64,000 bases of DNA from an uncultured Nitrospiraceae bacterium (lineage in GTDB: Bacteria > Nitrospirota > Thermodesulfovibrionia > Thermodesulfovibrionales > UBA6898). Shown piece after piece: positions 49,541-59,400 of the stretch. Position 1 is the stretch's first letter. The number at the start of each line of letters is the position of its first letter. A program made the translations under genes and the position numbers. Below the pieces are notes generated by a model that searched no databases, had not been told where the DNA came from, and saw only the letters and a list, made by a program, of their open reading frames with translations. Location: assembly GCA_963811165.1 (NCBI GenBank), contig CAWEQH010000008.1, positions 352,001-416,000 of the forward strand, written 5' to 3'.

Positions 49541-49556
49541 TGGCACAGCATTTGTA
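49541..49556 (+). promoter_or_regulatory. Putative sigma54 promoter of fliA
   Basis: TGGCAC-AGCAT-TTGTA about 30 bp before the ATG; -12 reads GT rather than GC. Confidence 0.55.
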
Positions 49557-49584
49557 AATATTCGGCATATAGTAAGGAGGGACC

Positions 49585-50346
49585 ATGCAGGAATATAGAA
49601 CAGAAACGTGTGAAGAAGAGAAAGAACAGACCCTTCGCGATTTTTTACCGTTCATAAAATATACTGCCAGCAGACTGGCCTGGCGGCTTCCGCCCCAGCT
49701 CACGGCGGACGACCTTGTCAGCGCGGGCATGCTGGGCCTACTCGATGCCTTGGAGAAATACCAACGCGGCAGGGCCAAGTTAAAGACTTACGCAGAGTTC
49801 AGGATCAAGGGATCCATGCTCGACGAACTGAGGGCGGTGGAGTGGATGCCGAGATCTATAAGAAAAAAGGTGAATACCCTTAAGAAGGCCTATGCCGAGC
49901 TCGAAATAGAATTCGGCAGACCGCCTGAGGACGAGGAAGTCGCCGGGGCGCTGAACCTCACGCTCGACGAATATTACAGAACTCTCGGCGACGCAAACGG
50001 CGCGATTGCGTTCAGGTTTGAGGACTTCGAGGGCAACGGCTATGCGGAGGACGGACTGAACATCCTGGAGTGTATCCCGGACCCCAACGGATGCAATCCC
50101 CTTACCGCCCTGGAAGAGAAGGCCCAAAAAGAGCAGGTTGCAGATCTTATTGATGAACTGCCCGAGAAGGAGAGGCTGCTCCTATCTCTTTACTACTGGG
50201 ATGAACTTACCATGAACGAAATAGGCAAAATTATGAGACTGACCGAGGGAAGGATCTGTCAACTGCACAATCAGGCGCTGATAAGGTTGAAGGCGAAAAT
50301 GGAGGGCGCCAATGACGCTAAAGAATGTACGGTAAAGACCCGATAA
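49585..50346 (+). CDS. fliA: RNA polymerase sigma-28 factor FliA/WhiG
   Basis: DDLVSAGMLGLLDA, TYAEFRIKGSMLDELR, LYYWDELTMNEIG, TEGRICQLH. Confidence 0.93.
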   Translation: MQEYRTETCEEEKEQTLRDFLPFIKYTASRLAWRLPPQLTADDLVSAGMLGLLDALEKYQRGRAKLKTYAEFRIKGSMLDELRAVEWMPRSIRKKVNTLKKAYAELEIEFGRPPEDEEVAGALNLTLDEYYRTLGDANGAIAFRFEDFEGNGYAEDGLNILECIPDPNGCNPLTALEEKAQKEQVADLIDELPEKERLLLSLYYWDELTMNEIGKIMRLTEGRICQLHNQALIRLKAKMEGANDAKECTVKTR

Positions 50347-50546
50347 ATGGGTCTGATGACGCAGCCGGGGAAAATTATGTTTCTGATTAAGGACTGGCTT
50401 GAGCAACTTCTAGCGCCGATGACTTGAGCCTCTTTGAAGATGTGTCGGTCGATGCGCACGGCCAGGTCGGAGTTCACCAAGACAGTCAAGACCCCGACCT
50501 GCTGGATGACTCCGGGTTTCAAGCGAACGGGAGATATATATCGATC

Positions 50547-51602
50547 ATGGTAAGGGTACTAATAGTAGACGATTCCGCCTTTATGAGAAACATCCTCTCC
50601 ACCATGCTTTCCTCCGACCACGAAATCTCGATAGTTGGTACCGCCCGCGACGGCCGGGAGGCGATCGAAAAGGTCGAAAAGTTAAGACCCGACGTCGTCA
50701 CCATGGATGTCGAAATGCCTAAGATGGACGGGATAACGGCCCTCAGACATATTATGGACAAGACCCCTGCGCCTGTCATTATGCTCAGTGCCCTTACGAG
50801 CGAAGGCGCAAAGGCGACGCTCGACGCGTTTGACCTTGGTGCAGTCGACTTTATACCAAAAAACCTTTCAGAACTTTCGATAAACATCGTAAGGATCAGG
50901 GAGTTGCTTCTCGATAAGGTGAAACAGATAGGGATGAAGGGGCTTGTGAGGAGACCCAAGGCCCAGGGCACTTGTACCGTCAGGCCGGCGATTCCCGTGA
51001 AAATGGCGCACCGGGTTGGAAGCACGGGCGAAAGGAGTATCTGGATAGTGGCGATCGGCTCGTCGACCGGCGGTCCGCGTGCCCTCCTGGACATCATACC
51101 CAAACTGCCGAAGGACTTCCCTTGCCCGATCGTGATCGCCCAGCATATGCCGCCGAATTTTACCGGCCCCTTTGCGCAGAGGCTGAATCAGGTCAGTAAT
51201 ATAACGGTGAAGGAAGCTGAAGAAGGTGAGGGACTCAAGCCCGGGGTCGCAGTGGTCGCGCCGGGCAGCGGACATATGAGGGTGAAGAGGGTGAATGGGA
51301 AGACGGTCGTATGCATAAACGGATATAAGGAGGACTTTATTTACCGTCCCTCGGTAGACGCCCTTATGTCCTCTGTCGCGGAGTTCTTTCCGGGCAGGGC
51401 ACTGGGCGTGATACTGACGGGTATGGGCAATGACGGTCTCAAAGGGCTTATCAAACTGAAAGAAACCGGCGGGAGGATATTGGCACAGGACGAGGGGTCC
51501 TGCGTTGTCTACGGCATGCCTAAGGCGGTCGTCAACGCCGGCATTGCGAATAAGGTCCTTGCGATAGATGCGATCGCAGGCGAGATAGTCAACTCTGTTT
51601 AG
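50547..51602 (+). CDS. cheB: Chemotaxis methylesterase CheB
   Basis: REC VLIVDDSAFMR; GSSTGGP, QHMP, RPSVD, LTGMGNDG, VVYGMP. Confidence 0.96.
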   Translation: MVRVLIVDDSAFMRNILSTMLSSDHEISIVGTARDGREAIEKVEKLRPDVVTMDVEMPKMDGITALRHIMDKTPAPVIMLSALTSEGAKATLDAFDLGAVDFIPKNLSELSINIVRIRELLLDKVKQIGMKGLVRRPKAQGTCTVRPAIPVKMAHRVGSTGERSIWIVAIGSSTGGPRALLDIIPKLPKDFPCPIVIAQHMPPNFTGPFAQRLNQVSNITVKEAEEGEGLKPGVAVVAPGSGHMRVKRVNGKTVVCINGYKEDFIYRPSVDALMSSVAEFFPGRALGVILTGMGNDGLKGLIKLKETGGRILAQDEGSCVVYGMPKAVVNAGIANKVLAIDAIAGEIVNSV

Positions 51603-51625
51603 TCGTGTCCTGTCCCTGATTATTT

Positions 51626-52495
51626 GTGATGGCAAAGAACTACAGAAGCGCCAATGAGCCAGCGATAATGTCCAAGAAGGATTTCCGCATGCTGGCCGAA
51701 TTCATTCATTCGGAGTGCGGCATAAGGATGCCGGACTCGAAAAAGGTGGTGCTCGAGACGAGGCTCAGACGAAGGCTCAGGGTCCTCGGCATGGACTCAT
51801 ACGCCAGATACTGCGATTACGTCTTTAGCCCGGAAGGTACCGAGCGCGAGCTTTTCCATATGATCGATACGGTCACTACGAACAAGACTGATTTTTTCCG
51901 GGAGCCGCGGCATTTCGAATATCTGACCGGTACGGTGCTGCCTGAGATGGTCCGGGCGAAAGGGACCGGGATCAGAACGAAACTGATGGTCTGGTCCGCT
52001 GGATGCTCCACAGGGGAAGAACCCTACACCCTGGCGATGGTACTGAGCGATTTTGCAGAGGGATGGCGCGGGTTTCATTTCATGGTCCTCGCAACGGACA
52101 TTTCCACCCAGGCACTCAATAAGGCAAAAAACGCCATCTACGAAGAGGAGAGGGTCGAACCTGTCCCATGGGAGATGAAAAAGAAATATCTCCTTCGGAG
52201 CAGAGACAGGAGCAAAGGTCTTGTGTGCATCACGCCGGCCTTGAGAGAGACGGTGAAGTTCCGGAGGTTGAATTTTATGGAAGGGGACTTCGGAATGAGA
52301 GAACCGCTCGATATAATATTTTGCAGGAATGTGATCATTTATTTTGACGCACCCACTCAGGAAAGATTGCTGAACCGTTTCTGCAATCACCTAAATGGAG
52401 GCGGCTACATATTCGTGGGACATTCCGAAACGCTGCATAAGCTGGATGTCCCGCTGCTCCAGGTTTCCCCGACGGTCTACAGGAAGATTTTATGA
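51626..52495 (+). CDS. cheR: Chemotaxis methyltransferase CheR
   Basis: TTNKTDFFRE, WSAGCSTGEEPYT, ATDIS, IFCRNVIIYF, GHSE. Confidence 0.96.
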   Translation: MMAKNYRSANEPAIMSKKDFRMLAEFIHSECGIRMPDSKKVVLETRLRRRLRVLGMDSYARYCDYVFSPEGTERELFHMIDTVTTNKTDFFREPRHFEYLTGTVLPEMVRAKGTGIRTKLMVWSAGCSTGEEPYTLAMVLSDFAEGWRGFHFMVLATDISTQALNKAKNAIYEEERVEPVPWEMKKKYLLRSRDRSKGLVCITPALRETVKFRRLNFMEGDFGMREPLDIIFCRNVIIYFDAPTQERLLNRFCNHLNGGGYIFVGHSETLHKLDVPLLQVSPTVYRKIL

Positions 52496-52575
52496 AGCGC
52501 TTTTACCATAACCTAAAGACTGTCTATCTCAGACCCTGCGAGGTATATATCAGTCTGAAGGAGCCTGCACTCTAA
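52492..52575 (+). pseudogene. cheD: CheD N-terminal stub (27 codons)
   Basis: ATGA overlap with cheR. Reads MKRFYHNLKTVYLRPCEVYISLKEPAL*, like the CheD start (YLxPGE..S.EP), but stops before T-x-LGSC. Confidence 0.6.
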
Positions 52576-52596
52576 AGACATGGTTTCTCTTTGGGC

Positions 52597-52623
52597 TAAA
52601 GTAATTAACAAATATGCCGATAA
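52597..52623 (+). promoter_or_regulatory. Sigma28 promoter of flgM
   Basis: Exact TAAA-N15-GCCGATAA. Confidence 0.9.
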
Positions 52624-52654
52624 AAAAGGAAACATCTCTCACAGGAGAGTCGGA

Positions 52655-52945
52655 ATGGGGCTTTACAAAAATAAACCCTCGGAAGGGCAGATTGTTCACG
52701 TCGCGGCCCGGAGGGTAGGTAAAAATGATCCTGCACTGGAAAAATGCCCATTCGGTGAAGAGGGCACTGACAGTATAAATCTTTCAGGGATATCCAGGGT
52801 AGGGAGCGAGCGGAAAACCGCCCTTGCGCAGTTGCCGGAAATCAGGTGGAGCAAGGTCCTGGCCATCCAAAAAGCATTGGTCGAAGGGACGTATGAGATC
52901 GATTCGCGGAAGATAGCCGCAGTGTTGATCGATGAAGCGGTATGA
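52655..52945 (+). CDS. flgM: Anti-sigma-28 factor FlgM
   Basis: DSINLS, LPEIRWSKVLAIQKALVEGTYEIDSRKIA; AGGAG RBS; sigma28 promoter. Confidence 0.85.
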   Translation: MGLYKNKPSEGQIVHVAARRVGKNDPALEKCPFGEEGTDSINLSGISRVGSERKTALAQLPEIRWSKVLAIQKALVEGTYEIDSRKIAAVLIDEAV

Positions 52946-53361
52946 TGCCAGATGAAGCCGTTATAAAGATATTGAACGAGCAGATAAATGTGTACAAGAT
53001 GCTTGTTGATCTGCTTCAGAGGGCCTGTCTTCCCGAACTAAACGGCTTGGGTGTCGAGGCGCTTTCAAAGGAGAAGGACACCTTGATTACGAGGTTGAGA
53101 CTTTTGGAGGAAAAGAGGATGAGGCTTTTCATGAAGCATTTTAACGGTGATGTCAGCCTCCAGAAGCTGGGCGAACTGACCGGAGATGATATCTTCATGG
53201 AGATACGATCGAAACTGCTTTCCCTTCTTCAGAGTATCGAGGAATTGAATCAATTCGACGGGCTGGGGCATTTTCTCAACTATATAAAATTAGAGACCAC
53301 GGTGGGTTTTTTGGGGCTTTCCGGCCGGAATAGGGGCGCGGGTGCTGACATTTCAAGGTAG
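52942..53361 (+). CDS. flgN: FlgN-like flagellar export chaperone (possibly degenerate)
   Basis: Helical protein coupled to flgM (ATGA); LNEQINVYKML, LEEKR, ELNQ. Confidence 0.65.
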   Translation: MMPDEAVIKILNEQINVYKMLVDLLQRACLPELNGLGVEALSKEKDTLITRLRLLEEKRMRLFMKHFNGDVSLQKLGELTGDDIFMEIRSKLLSLLQSIEELNQFDGLGHFLNYIKLETTVGFLGLSGRNRGAGADISR

Positions 53362-53456
53362 ATGTCACTTTTCGTATCGTTTGACCAGCCGCGCTGAGAA
53401 AATAAATTCTTTTTTTGGCCTGGACCTAGACCCGTTAGAACGTCGGCGATGTCTCC

Positions 53457-53945
53457 TTAGCCCAGGAGGGAGGCAACTTTTTTGACGAGGGAAAGGATCA
53501 ATCTGTGCCGCGAGAGCTTCGACGGACGGATGAACCTCCTGGCTATGAGCCAATTGAACGGGAATTTCAGATGGAAATTATAGCGCGAAGACCTTACCGC
53601 CCTGCCCATCACATCTTCAAACGGAGTGAACCCATCATCGCCTTCGACAGCGTCACCCCTCGTAATTATGCCATGCCCCGTAATCTTTATGACCCTGTGC
53701 AATACGAGTCGGCCCTCCCAGTTCCGTAAGAAGGCGATATCGCCCACCCGCAACGATTTGCCGGGTTGTATCTCCACGTTGTCTCCATGCTTAATGAAAG
53801 GTGACATGCTGCTCCCGCCTGCCACAAAGACAAGGCCTTTGCCGCTTCCGAGCACTTCTTGAGCTATGTCATGGAAGTTTTCCCTGCCGATGTCGAACAT
53901 GCCCGATGGTAATCCCTTTTGGAAAAGCGCCATGTATTTCCTCAT
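53457..53945 (-). CDS. S24/S26-family peptidase-like protein
   Basis: GSSMSPFIKHGD (Ser), VGDI, LHRV, TRGDA; no N-terminal membrane anchor. Confidence 0.82.
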   Translation of the reverse strand: MRKYMALFQKGLPSGMFDIGRENFHDIAQEVLGSGKGLVFVAGGSSMSPFIKHGDNVEIQPGKSLRVGDIAFLRNWEGRLVLHRVIKITGHGIITRGDAVEGDDGFTPFEDVMGRAVRSSRYNFHLKFPFNWLIARRFIRPSKLSRHRLILSLVKKVASLLG

Positions 53946-54862
53946 CCCGAGACGAACCCTTCAAGCAAGTCCGCCGCCTTCTGGTCCGGTGTGAAGTGAA
54001 GATCATAGGAAGGTACGGCCGAGACCAGTTTACTGCAAAACGCAAGGATCATCGTCAGTGTCCCAGCGTCGTACCATGGTATGGTAGTTACCGGCATAAG
54101 CCGCTCCAGCGCTTCATTAGGACCTATAGCCACAATCCTGTTTGTTTCGCTCTGCATCAGAAAGTATATCCCCGTGAGTGGAAGGTCCTTATTTATAGCA
54201 ATGCCTGCATCGCCCGGCCATGGCGTTCCGAAGGCCCTGAAACCTTCCCCGACCTTCCTGACTATCACGCGGTCATCACTGAGCGCCTCGTGCCCAGCCG
54301 AAGAAAGGAGCCTTGAAATTGTGCTTTTCCCTGCGCCGGATTTTCCCGGAAAAAGACAACCTTGTCCGCCCACGTCAGCGAAGGAGGAGTGGAACAAGGC
54401 CCCTTCCCTATGTGCGAGCACGTACATCATCAATAGTTGATCCAGCGGATAGATCAGAGGATTTCTGACCATCTTTTTGCCTTCAACTTCCACAATGGTC
54501 ATGTCACCGCAATAGATGGTCACTTTTTCGAAGGCGCGATCAAAGCGGGCCACGCATTCCGGACCACCGGGTAAAGAAGGGTTTAGGACCAAATAATATT
54601 CGGCTCCCTTTTTACACATGGCCCATGAATCGCCGCATCTGAAGATTTCCGTCAGCTGCCCGGTGCGGGGAAGGTCTTTTATTTTCAGGTCTACAGGAAT
54701 AGGCTGAGCCCCTGCGTCACGGATGTCTGCGCTTGCAATAAAGGGCTCATACGTTGCCGGGTTGGGCTCAATCAGTAATGGCATATCTACAGAGCGAATG
54801 AGGAAGCTAATATCCGCGATCGATATTCTCATCGAGCGCGAGCTGCGGTCCATTACAGGCAT
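53942..54862 (-). CDS. HPr-kinase-like P-loop protein (ScmC-like)
   Basis: LFHSS, GKSGAGKST, LSDDR, GTPWPG. Start uncertain (54862 or 54832). Confidence 0.8.
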   Translation of the reverse strand: MPVMDRSSRSMRISIADISFLIRSVDMPLLIEPNPATYEPFIASADIRDAGAQPIPVDLKIKDLPRTGQLTEIFRCGDSWAMCKKGAEYYLVLNPSLPGGPECVARFDRAFEKVTIYCGDMTIVEVEGKKMVRNPLIYPLDQLLMMYVLAHREGALFHSSFADVGGQGCLFPGKSGAGKSTISRLLSSAGHEALSDDRVIVRKVGEGFRAFGTPWPGDAGIAINKDLPLTGIYFLMQSETNRIVAIGPNEALERLMPVTTIPWYDAGTLTMILAFCSKLVSAVPSYDLHFTPDQKAADLLEGFVSG

Positions 54863-54881
54863 CGGATGACCACGTTGGCCA

Positions 54882-55064
54882 TTAAGATCCATACGCTCCA
54901 GGCACGGAACAAGGCGAAAAACCGCACGATCCGCCATTTTTCCCGGGCGCTCCATTAGTTGATTTGCAGTTGACAGCCAGCACTTCTTCGGCAGCCAGCG
55001 GTATGGTCCTCAATCTTGGTTTGTCATAGGGCTGTTTGGAGATTTTTTCTTTCTTCTGTTTCAT
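54882..55064 (-). CDS. Putative RiPP precursor peptide (60 aa)
   Basis: MKQKKEKISKQPYDKPRLRTIPLAAEEVLAVNCKSTNGAPGKNGGSCGFSPCSVPGAYGS: YxxPxL leader motif, Gly/Ser/Cys-rich C-terminus, AAGGTGA RBS. Confidence 0.8.
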   Translation of the reverse strand: MKQKKEKISKQPYDKPRLRTIPLAAEEVLAVNCKSTNGAPGKNGGSCGFSPCSVPGAYGS

Positions 55065-56160
55065 GATCATCACCTTTCGATAAACGGTTTATTATGCGTC
55101 GATAACGAAGCTCTCCCATCTTGCAGATATAGTCGGAGAGTATGTCCTCCGACCCGCTTTCCAGTCTGAAAAAAGAGGGACAGTAGCCGCAGAGATTTAT
55201 TTTTTCGCAGCCCCTGCATGCGAACCCGGTACCTGCTTTTTTTCTTCTTATCCGAACTGTGATATCGTCCCAGCCAGCGGAGAACCCGCCTCCGGAGATG
55301 TCGTTCTGAATATCCAGAGTCATCATACAAGGTTGAAGCATGCCGTAAGGGTCGACATGGAAACCGGTCACCCCGGCCCCGCACCCGTACAGGTCATCAG
55401 TCAATATATGCCCCTTCATTCCTTGAAAGAAATTTTCCCAGAGACGGACCCGCTTAGGGTCGGAAAATTCCCTTTCTATTGCCTCCTCGGGGGAGACCCT
55501 GAGACCCAGGGGCGCTTTGTCCCCGTCTGTACAGGGTGATATCGCCGCGTCGAACCGGAACCGGACGCCTAATCCCTCGGCGATATGCTGCATTTCTAAT
55601 AATTCATGACTGTTTGTTGTCATGAGTATCGTCTTGAGATTTACCTTTATGTTATTTTCCAGGAGCCGCCTTATCCCCAGCAAACACCTTTCGTAAGAGC
55701 CTTCGACCCCCGTTACTTCTTCATATGTGCGTGCAGTGGCCCCGTAAAGACTTATCTCCACTAGAAGGGGGGGGAGGTCCCTAAATAGCCCGATGACTTC
55801 ATCCGTTACCAGAGTGCCATTGGAGAAGACCGTGATCAAGAGCCCTTTTTCCTTTGCATTCCGGTAAATCTCCGGAAAGTCTGTCCGCAAAAGGGGCTCC
55901 CCGCCGGTGATAAGCAGGTTCAAGCACCCTGCCTCTGCAATTTCATCGAGCAAAGAAATAATCCTTGCGGTGCCCATTTCACGCGACTGTCGTTTCCGCC
56001 TTGAATCATCCCCTCCCAAATAGCAATGAACGCATCTGAGGTTGCAGCGATAGGTGATCTCAAGGCTTCCTGAAAGGGGTATATGATCTCTCGCAGACTT
56101 CAGGTAGAACTCGTTCATGTATTCTGCGGCAGTGGGCCATTTTCCATCCGGGCACTGCAT
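55024..56160 (-). CDS. Radical SAM/SPASM domain protein (peptide maturase type)
   Basis: CNLRCVHC, TGGEPL, ISLYG; SPASM CGAG..PC..CRGC...CGYCP..C. Confidence 0.92.
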   Translation of the reverse strand: MQCPDGKWPTAAEYMNEFYLKSARDHIPLSGSLEITYRCNLRCVHCYLGGDDSRRKRQSREMGTARIISLLDEIAEAGCLNLLITGGEPLLRTDFPEIYRNAKEKGLLITVFSNGTLVTDEVIGLFRDLPPLLVEISLYGATARTYEEVTGVEGSYERCLLGIRRLLENNIKVNLKTILMTTNSHELLEMQHIAEGLGVRFRFDAAISPCTDGDKAPLGLRVSPEEAIEREFSDPKRVRLWENFFQGMKGHILTDDLYGCGAGVTGFHVDPYGMLQPCMMTLDIQNDISGGGFSAGWDDITVRIRRKKAGTGFACRGCEKINLCGYCPSFFRLESGSEDILSDYICKMGELRYRRIINRLSKGDDHETEERKNLQTAL

Positions 56161-56162
56161 CT

Positions 56163-56483
56163 TCAGCTTGTCCCTTCATGGATCAGCCCCGCTTCCAGGA
56201 GCTCCGCAATAAACTCCTGAATGTCGGAGTCGGCCTGTTCCTTGCCCACATCGAACCTGGCGATAATATCGTCACGGATCTCATTCACCTTTTTTTTGCC
56301 GTCCAGACCGTCCCATATATATGCCGCGACGGGAGTAAGGGTGAAGATATTTTGCATATCGGCCAGCTGCCCTTTGACCGGAACAAGGAACAGTTCCCCG
56401 CCTATCCTGCGGGAGACGACATCCTTGTCGGGCAGAAATACCTTGCCCCATATGTCGCTATGCGATCGGTGAAACGATTCCAT
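56163..56483 (-). CDS. PqqD-family RiPP recognition element
   Basis: VVSRRIGGELFLVP, FTLTPVAAYIWDGLDG, FDV...DIQEFIAEL...GLI. Confidence 0.9.
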   Translation of the reverse strand: MESFHRSHSDIWGKVFLPDKDVVSRRIGGELFLVPVKGQLADMQNIFTLTPVAAYIWDGLDGKKKVNEIRDDIIARFDVGKEQADSDIQEFIAELLEAGLIHEGTS

Positions 56484-56497
56484 AGTCGTCTTTATCT

Positions 56498-59400
56498 TTA
56501 TCTTAATCTTATCTTAAGCGCCGGATCGCCCAGGATGCCGTATATGTCGGTCATAAAGGGCAGGGAGCCGGTCAGCTTGTATTTTGCGAGTGCCTGTTTC
56601 ACCGCGTCGCCGAGGGTCTTTTTCTTGTCTGTGAAAACGGCCTTATAGAACTCCCTGTTCAGTATTTTAGCCTCTGAGTCGTCTGAGAGTCCAGTGGAAG
56701 ACCATACTGCAGCCGCACCGCCGTTGTCTTTCAAGACAAGCAGACTGCCTAACGTGGAATACCCGGGGATTGCAAATTCACCCGCCGAACATGTCATGGC
56801 AGTCACGATGGGAAGTCCTGCTGCATTTGGCAGAAGGGGCATATCGTCAGTAGTCAGCACCCCCTGTCCTGAAAGCTGGTACGGCGAGGCATGGCCTATG
56901 TAGTTGAAAAATGCCGCCCCGATGCCGAGGTCATTGAAAAGCATGGTTCTTGCGGTGTTGGCAGAGACCTCCGAAAGGTATACCTTTTCCCTTATATAGT
57001 TGTAAGGGAAAAGGGCCGCCAGCCCTTCGCTTTCGGCTGTAAAATCCCCTGCCTCGTCGGGGTTGTCGGCAAGCAGGATTATCCGGTTGCCCTTGGTCTT
57101 CTCAAAGTTCTTTATGTTGGTTATGGCATTCTGCAACTCCTTGGGCGTCAGCGCCGGCAGTCTCCCTATCGCCATCTCGGGCAGATGGTTCCCATTTATA
57201 TCGGCCAGAGAATTGTCGGATGTGGCCAGACCGTATAACGACGGGACCAAAGCCGGAGGGATCAGGTTCCAGCCGAACCCCAGGTTATCCCTGTAGTCCC
57301 ATGTGCCCTCTCCGGCCAGGACCACGTATTGCGGCGCTTTCTTCCAGTTGGAATACGCATACGAAAGGAACTTCCTGATGGCGTCCGGGCTTGAAAGACC
57401 GAAGTTGAATTCGTTCATGATATCATCGAGATTTACTGACCATGGTTTTTAGTCCCTGTGATGTCCTGTAATCCGCAAGGGGTTTGGCGGCTGAGGCCAG
57501 TTCCGACGGGGCTATCACGATGTAGTCGGCCGCGTTACTCCTCGCCTGCAGATTCGATGGGTTGACCGCCTCGGCGTTAACGACCTTAGTGACAGCATCT
57601 GCCGCTACCGACATATAAAGCGCTCCCGGTGAAACAGGGGTCAGGCTGACCTGCCAATCGCCGGTAGTGCCGGTAACAACGGCAGAGGTGTTCAGTTTCG
57701 GCAGTTGTTGGTTCGCAATGTCCAAGACAAGTATGTCCGGAGTAGCCGAAGTGAACCCTCCGATACTTACGCTTTTGTTGCCGTCTCCCCTGAAGACCAG
57801 CTCATTGCCGTCTGTGTTATATAATCTTTTGTATTTGAGGTCGAAGGAGTCTATGAGATCATAACTCCAGGGGACTCCTGCATCGAGCAGACCAGCCACC
57901 TCAAGCGTATTATTCCCCTCGACAATCAAAGACTGAGAGAAAGAAGCGGTCAGGGTATAGGCGTCCAGGCCGCTCCATAGTCCTTCACCTATCTGATGAT
58001 CGTTTAGCTTCACCACCACATGATGGTCGGGAGTCATTCCGGTGTCCGATCCGCCAAGGAGATGCAGCTGCAGGGTGGCCATCTCCTGAGTCTCCGCTTT
58101 CCCGGTTACCTGGAACGAAAGTTCTTTTGGAAGGTCTGAGTAAGCAGGGCTGAGGTAGATGCCCGTCCAGGCCCACAGGTCCGCCTCAGGGTCGGTGAAC
58201 TGGCCGAGGTTCGGGATCATGTCCTGTTCGAGGTGCAAGGTGTCTGTGAAGGTCTCATCCCCCGTTACAGGGACAGGCTTCGGCCGGTCTCGTTGGTCAT
58301 GGGCGTTCCCTTGCCGCTATCGATCCAGTATATGTTATCACGGGTATACACATTGTCCGTCCCAACGCCGTAGAAGAAGATGCCGGTGTTGTTCTGTGCA
58401 GGCAGATAGGCAACCTGCTTGCCCTGGCTGCTCATGGACAACTGGTTGTTTTTGATCATGGCAGAGGCTTTTGCGTAGCTGATACCCAGCATGGATGAGA
58501 TATCGTTTGCATCCACGTAATAGAGCCCATTGTCCGTAATAGGGATCTTTATGCGGATTCCGGTCTGTTTCGTATTGGGGTCCTTTACCGATCTTTCGAA
58601 AGAGTCCCGTGACTGTAAGCGGGCCTTCTCTGAGACCGACAGTCCACGGGGCTCTCTGGTGTAGTCGGACGAAGAGGAGGCGTTTACGCCGGCTGACCTT
58701 GCCGCACTGCTCTTGAGTGCCTGAGAGCCGATAACATCTCCGCCTCCGACCACGATGGAGAAGGGGCCGTATATGATTCGATTGCCGCTCTTTTCAACCT
58801 CGACAAGCTTGTACTTATAGGCTCCGCCAGGTGAAGCATCCCTGTCGATAAGTGTATATGTTCCGCCATTAGGCGACGTGAGCATCCCCGGCAGCAGGCC
58901 CTCTGTCACACTCTGGTATTTACCTGTGGCAGGGTCAAGTCTCTGCAGGTAAAAGCCCAGCGTATTGTTCTCCAGCGTCGTCTCCCACTCCACCACCACC
59001 TGGCCGTTAAGCTCATGGGCACTGAAGGAGGAGAGGACCACCAGAGTCGGAGCAGCAGGACTGTAGTACCCAAAATTGACCCCGCTCTGATTGCCGCCGC
59101 CAAGGTTTACCGTCTCCTGGCCGTTGAAAGGACCTGTTGTGCCCTCGGTCTTCTCATAGGAAGTGGAGAAACCCGTCAGCACGCCTGCCGCGTCCGTAAT
59201 TTTGATCGTATAGGTGCCGCTGGCCAGGCCATTAAAAATGTAAGTGCCGTCTGAAGCAGTGGCTGTTGTGGCGACAACAGTGCTGTTTTGTAACAGATCG
59301 ATAGTTACCCCGGCCAGCCCGCCTTCTCCGCTGTCGATTGCCCCGTTATCGTTGCTGTCTTGCCATAAAGTACCTGACACGCTCCGGGGGGTCGTTGCCC

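Noticed and set aside
50424..50546. N-terminal extension of CheB from TTG 50424
   Set aside because: The REC domain begins at ATG 50547 with a GGAG upstream; the extension is more likely spacer or relic sequence.
54863..54955. Longer start for the HprK-like gene
   Set aside because: It would overlap the core of the better-supported precursor ORF.
53457..56483. PQQ or lasso-peptide biosynthesis
   Set aside because: No PqqB/PqqC or ExxxY precursor, and no lasso cyclase or transglutaminase-like B2 protease.
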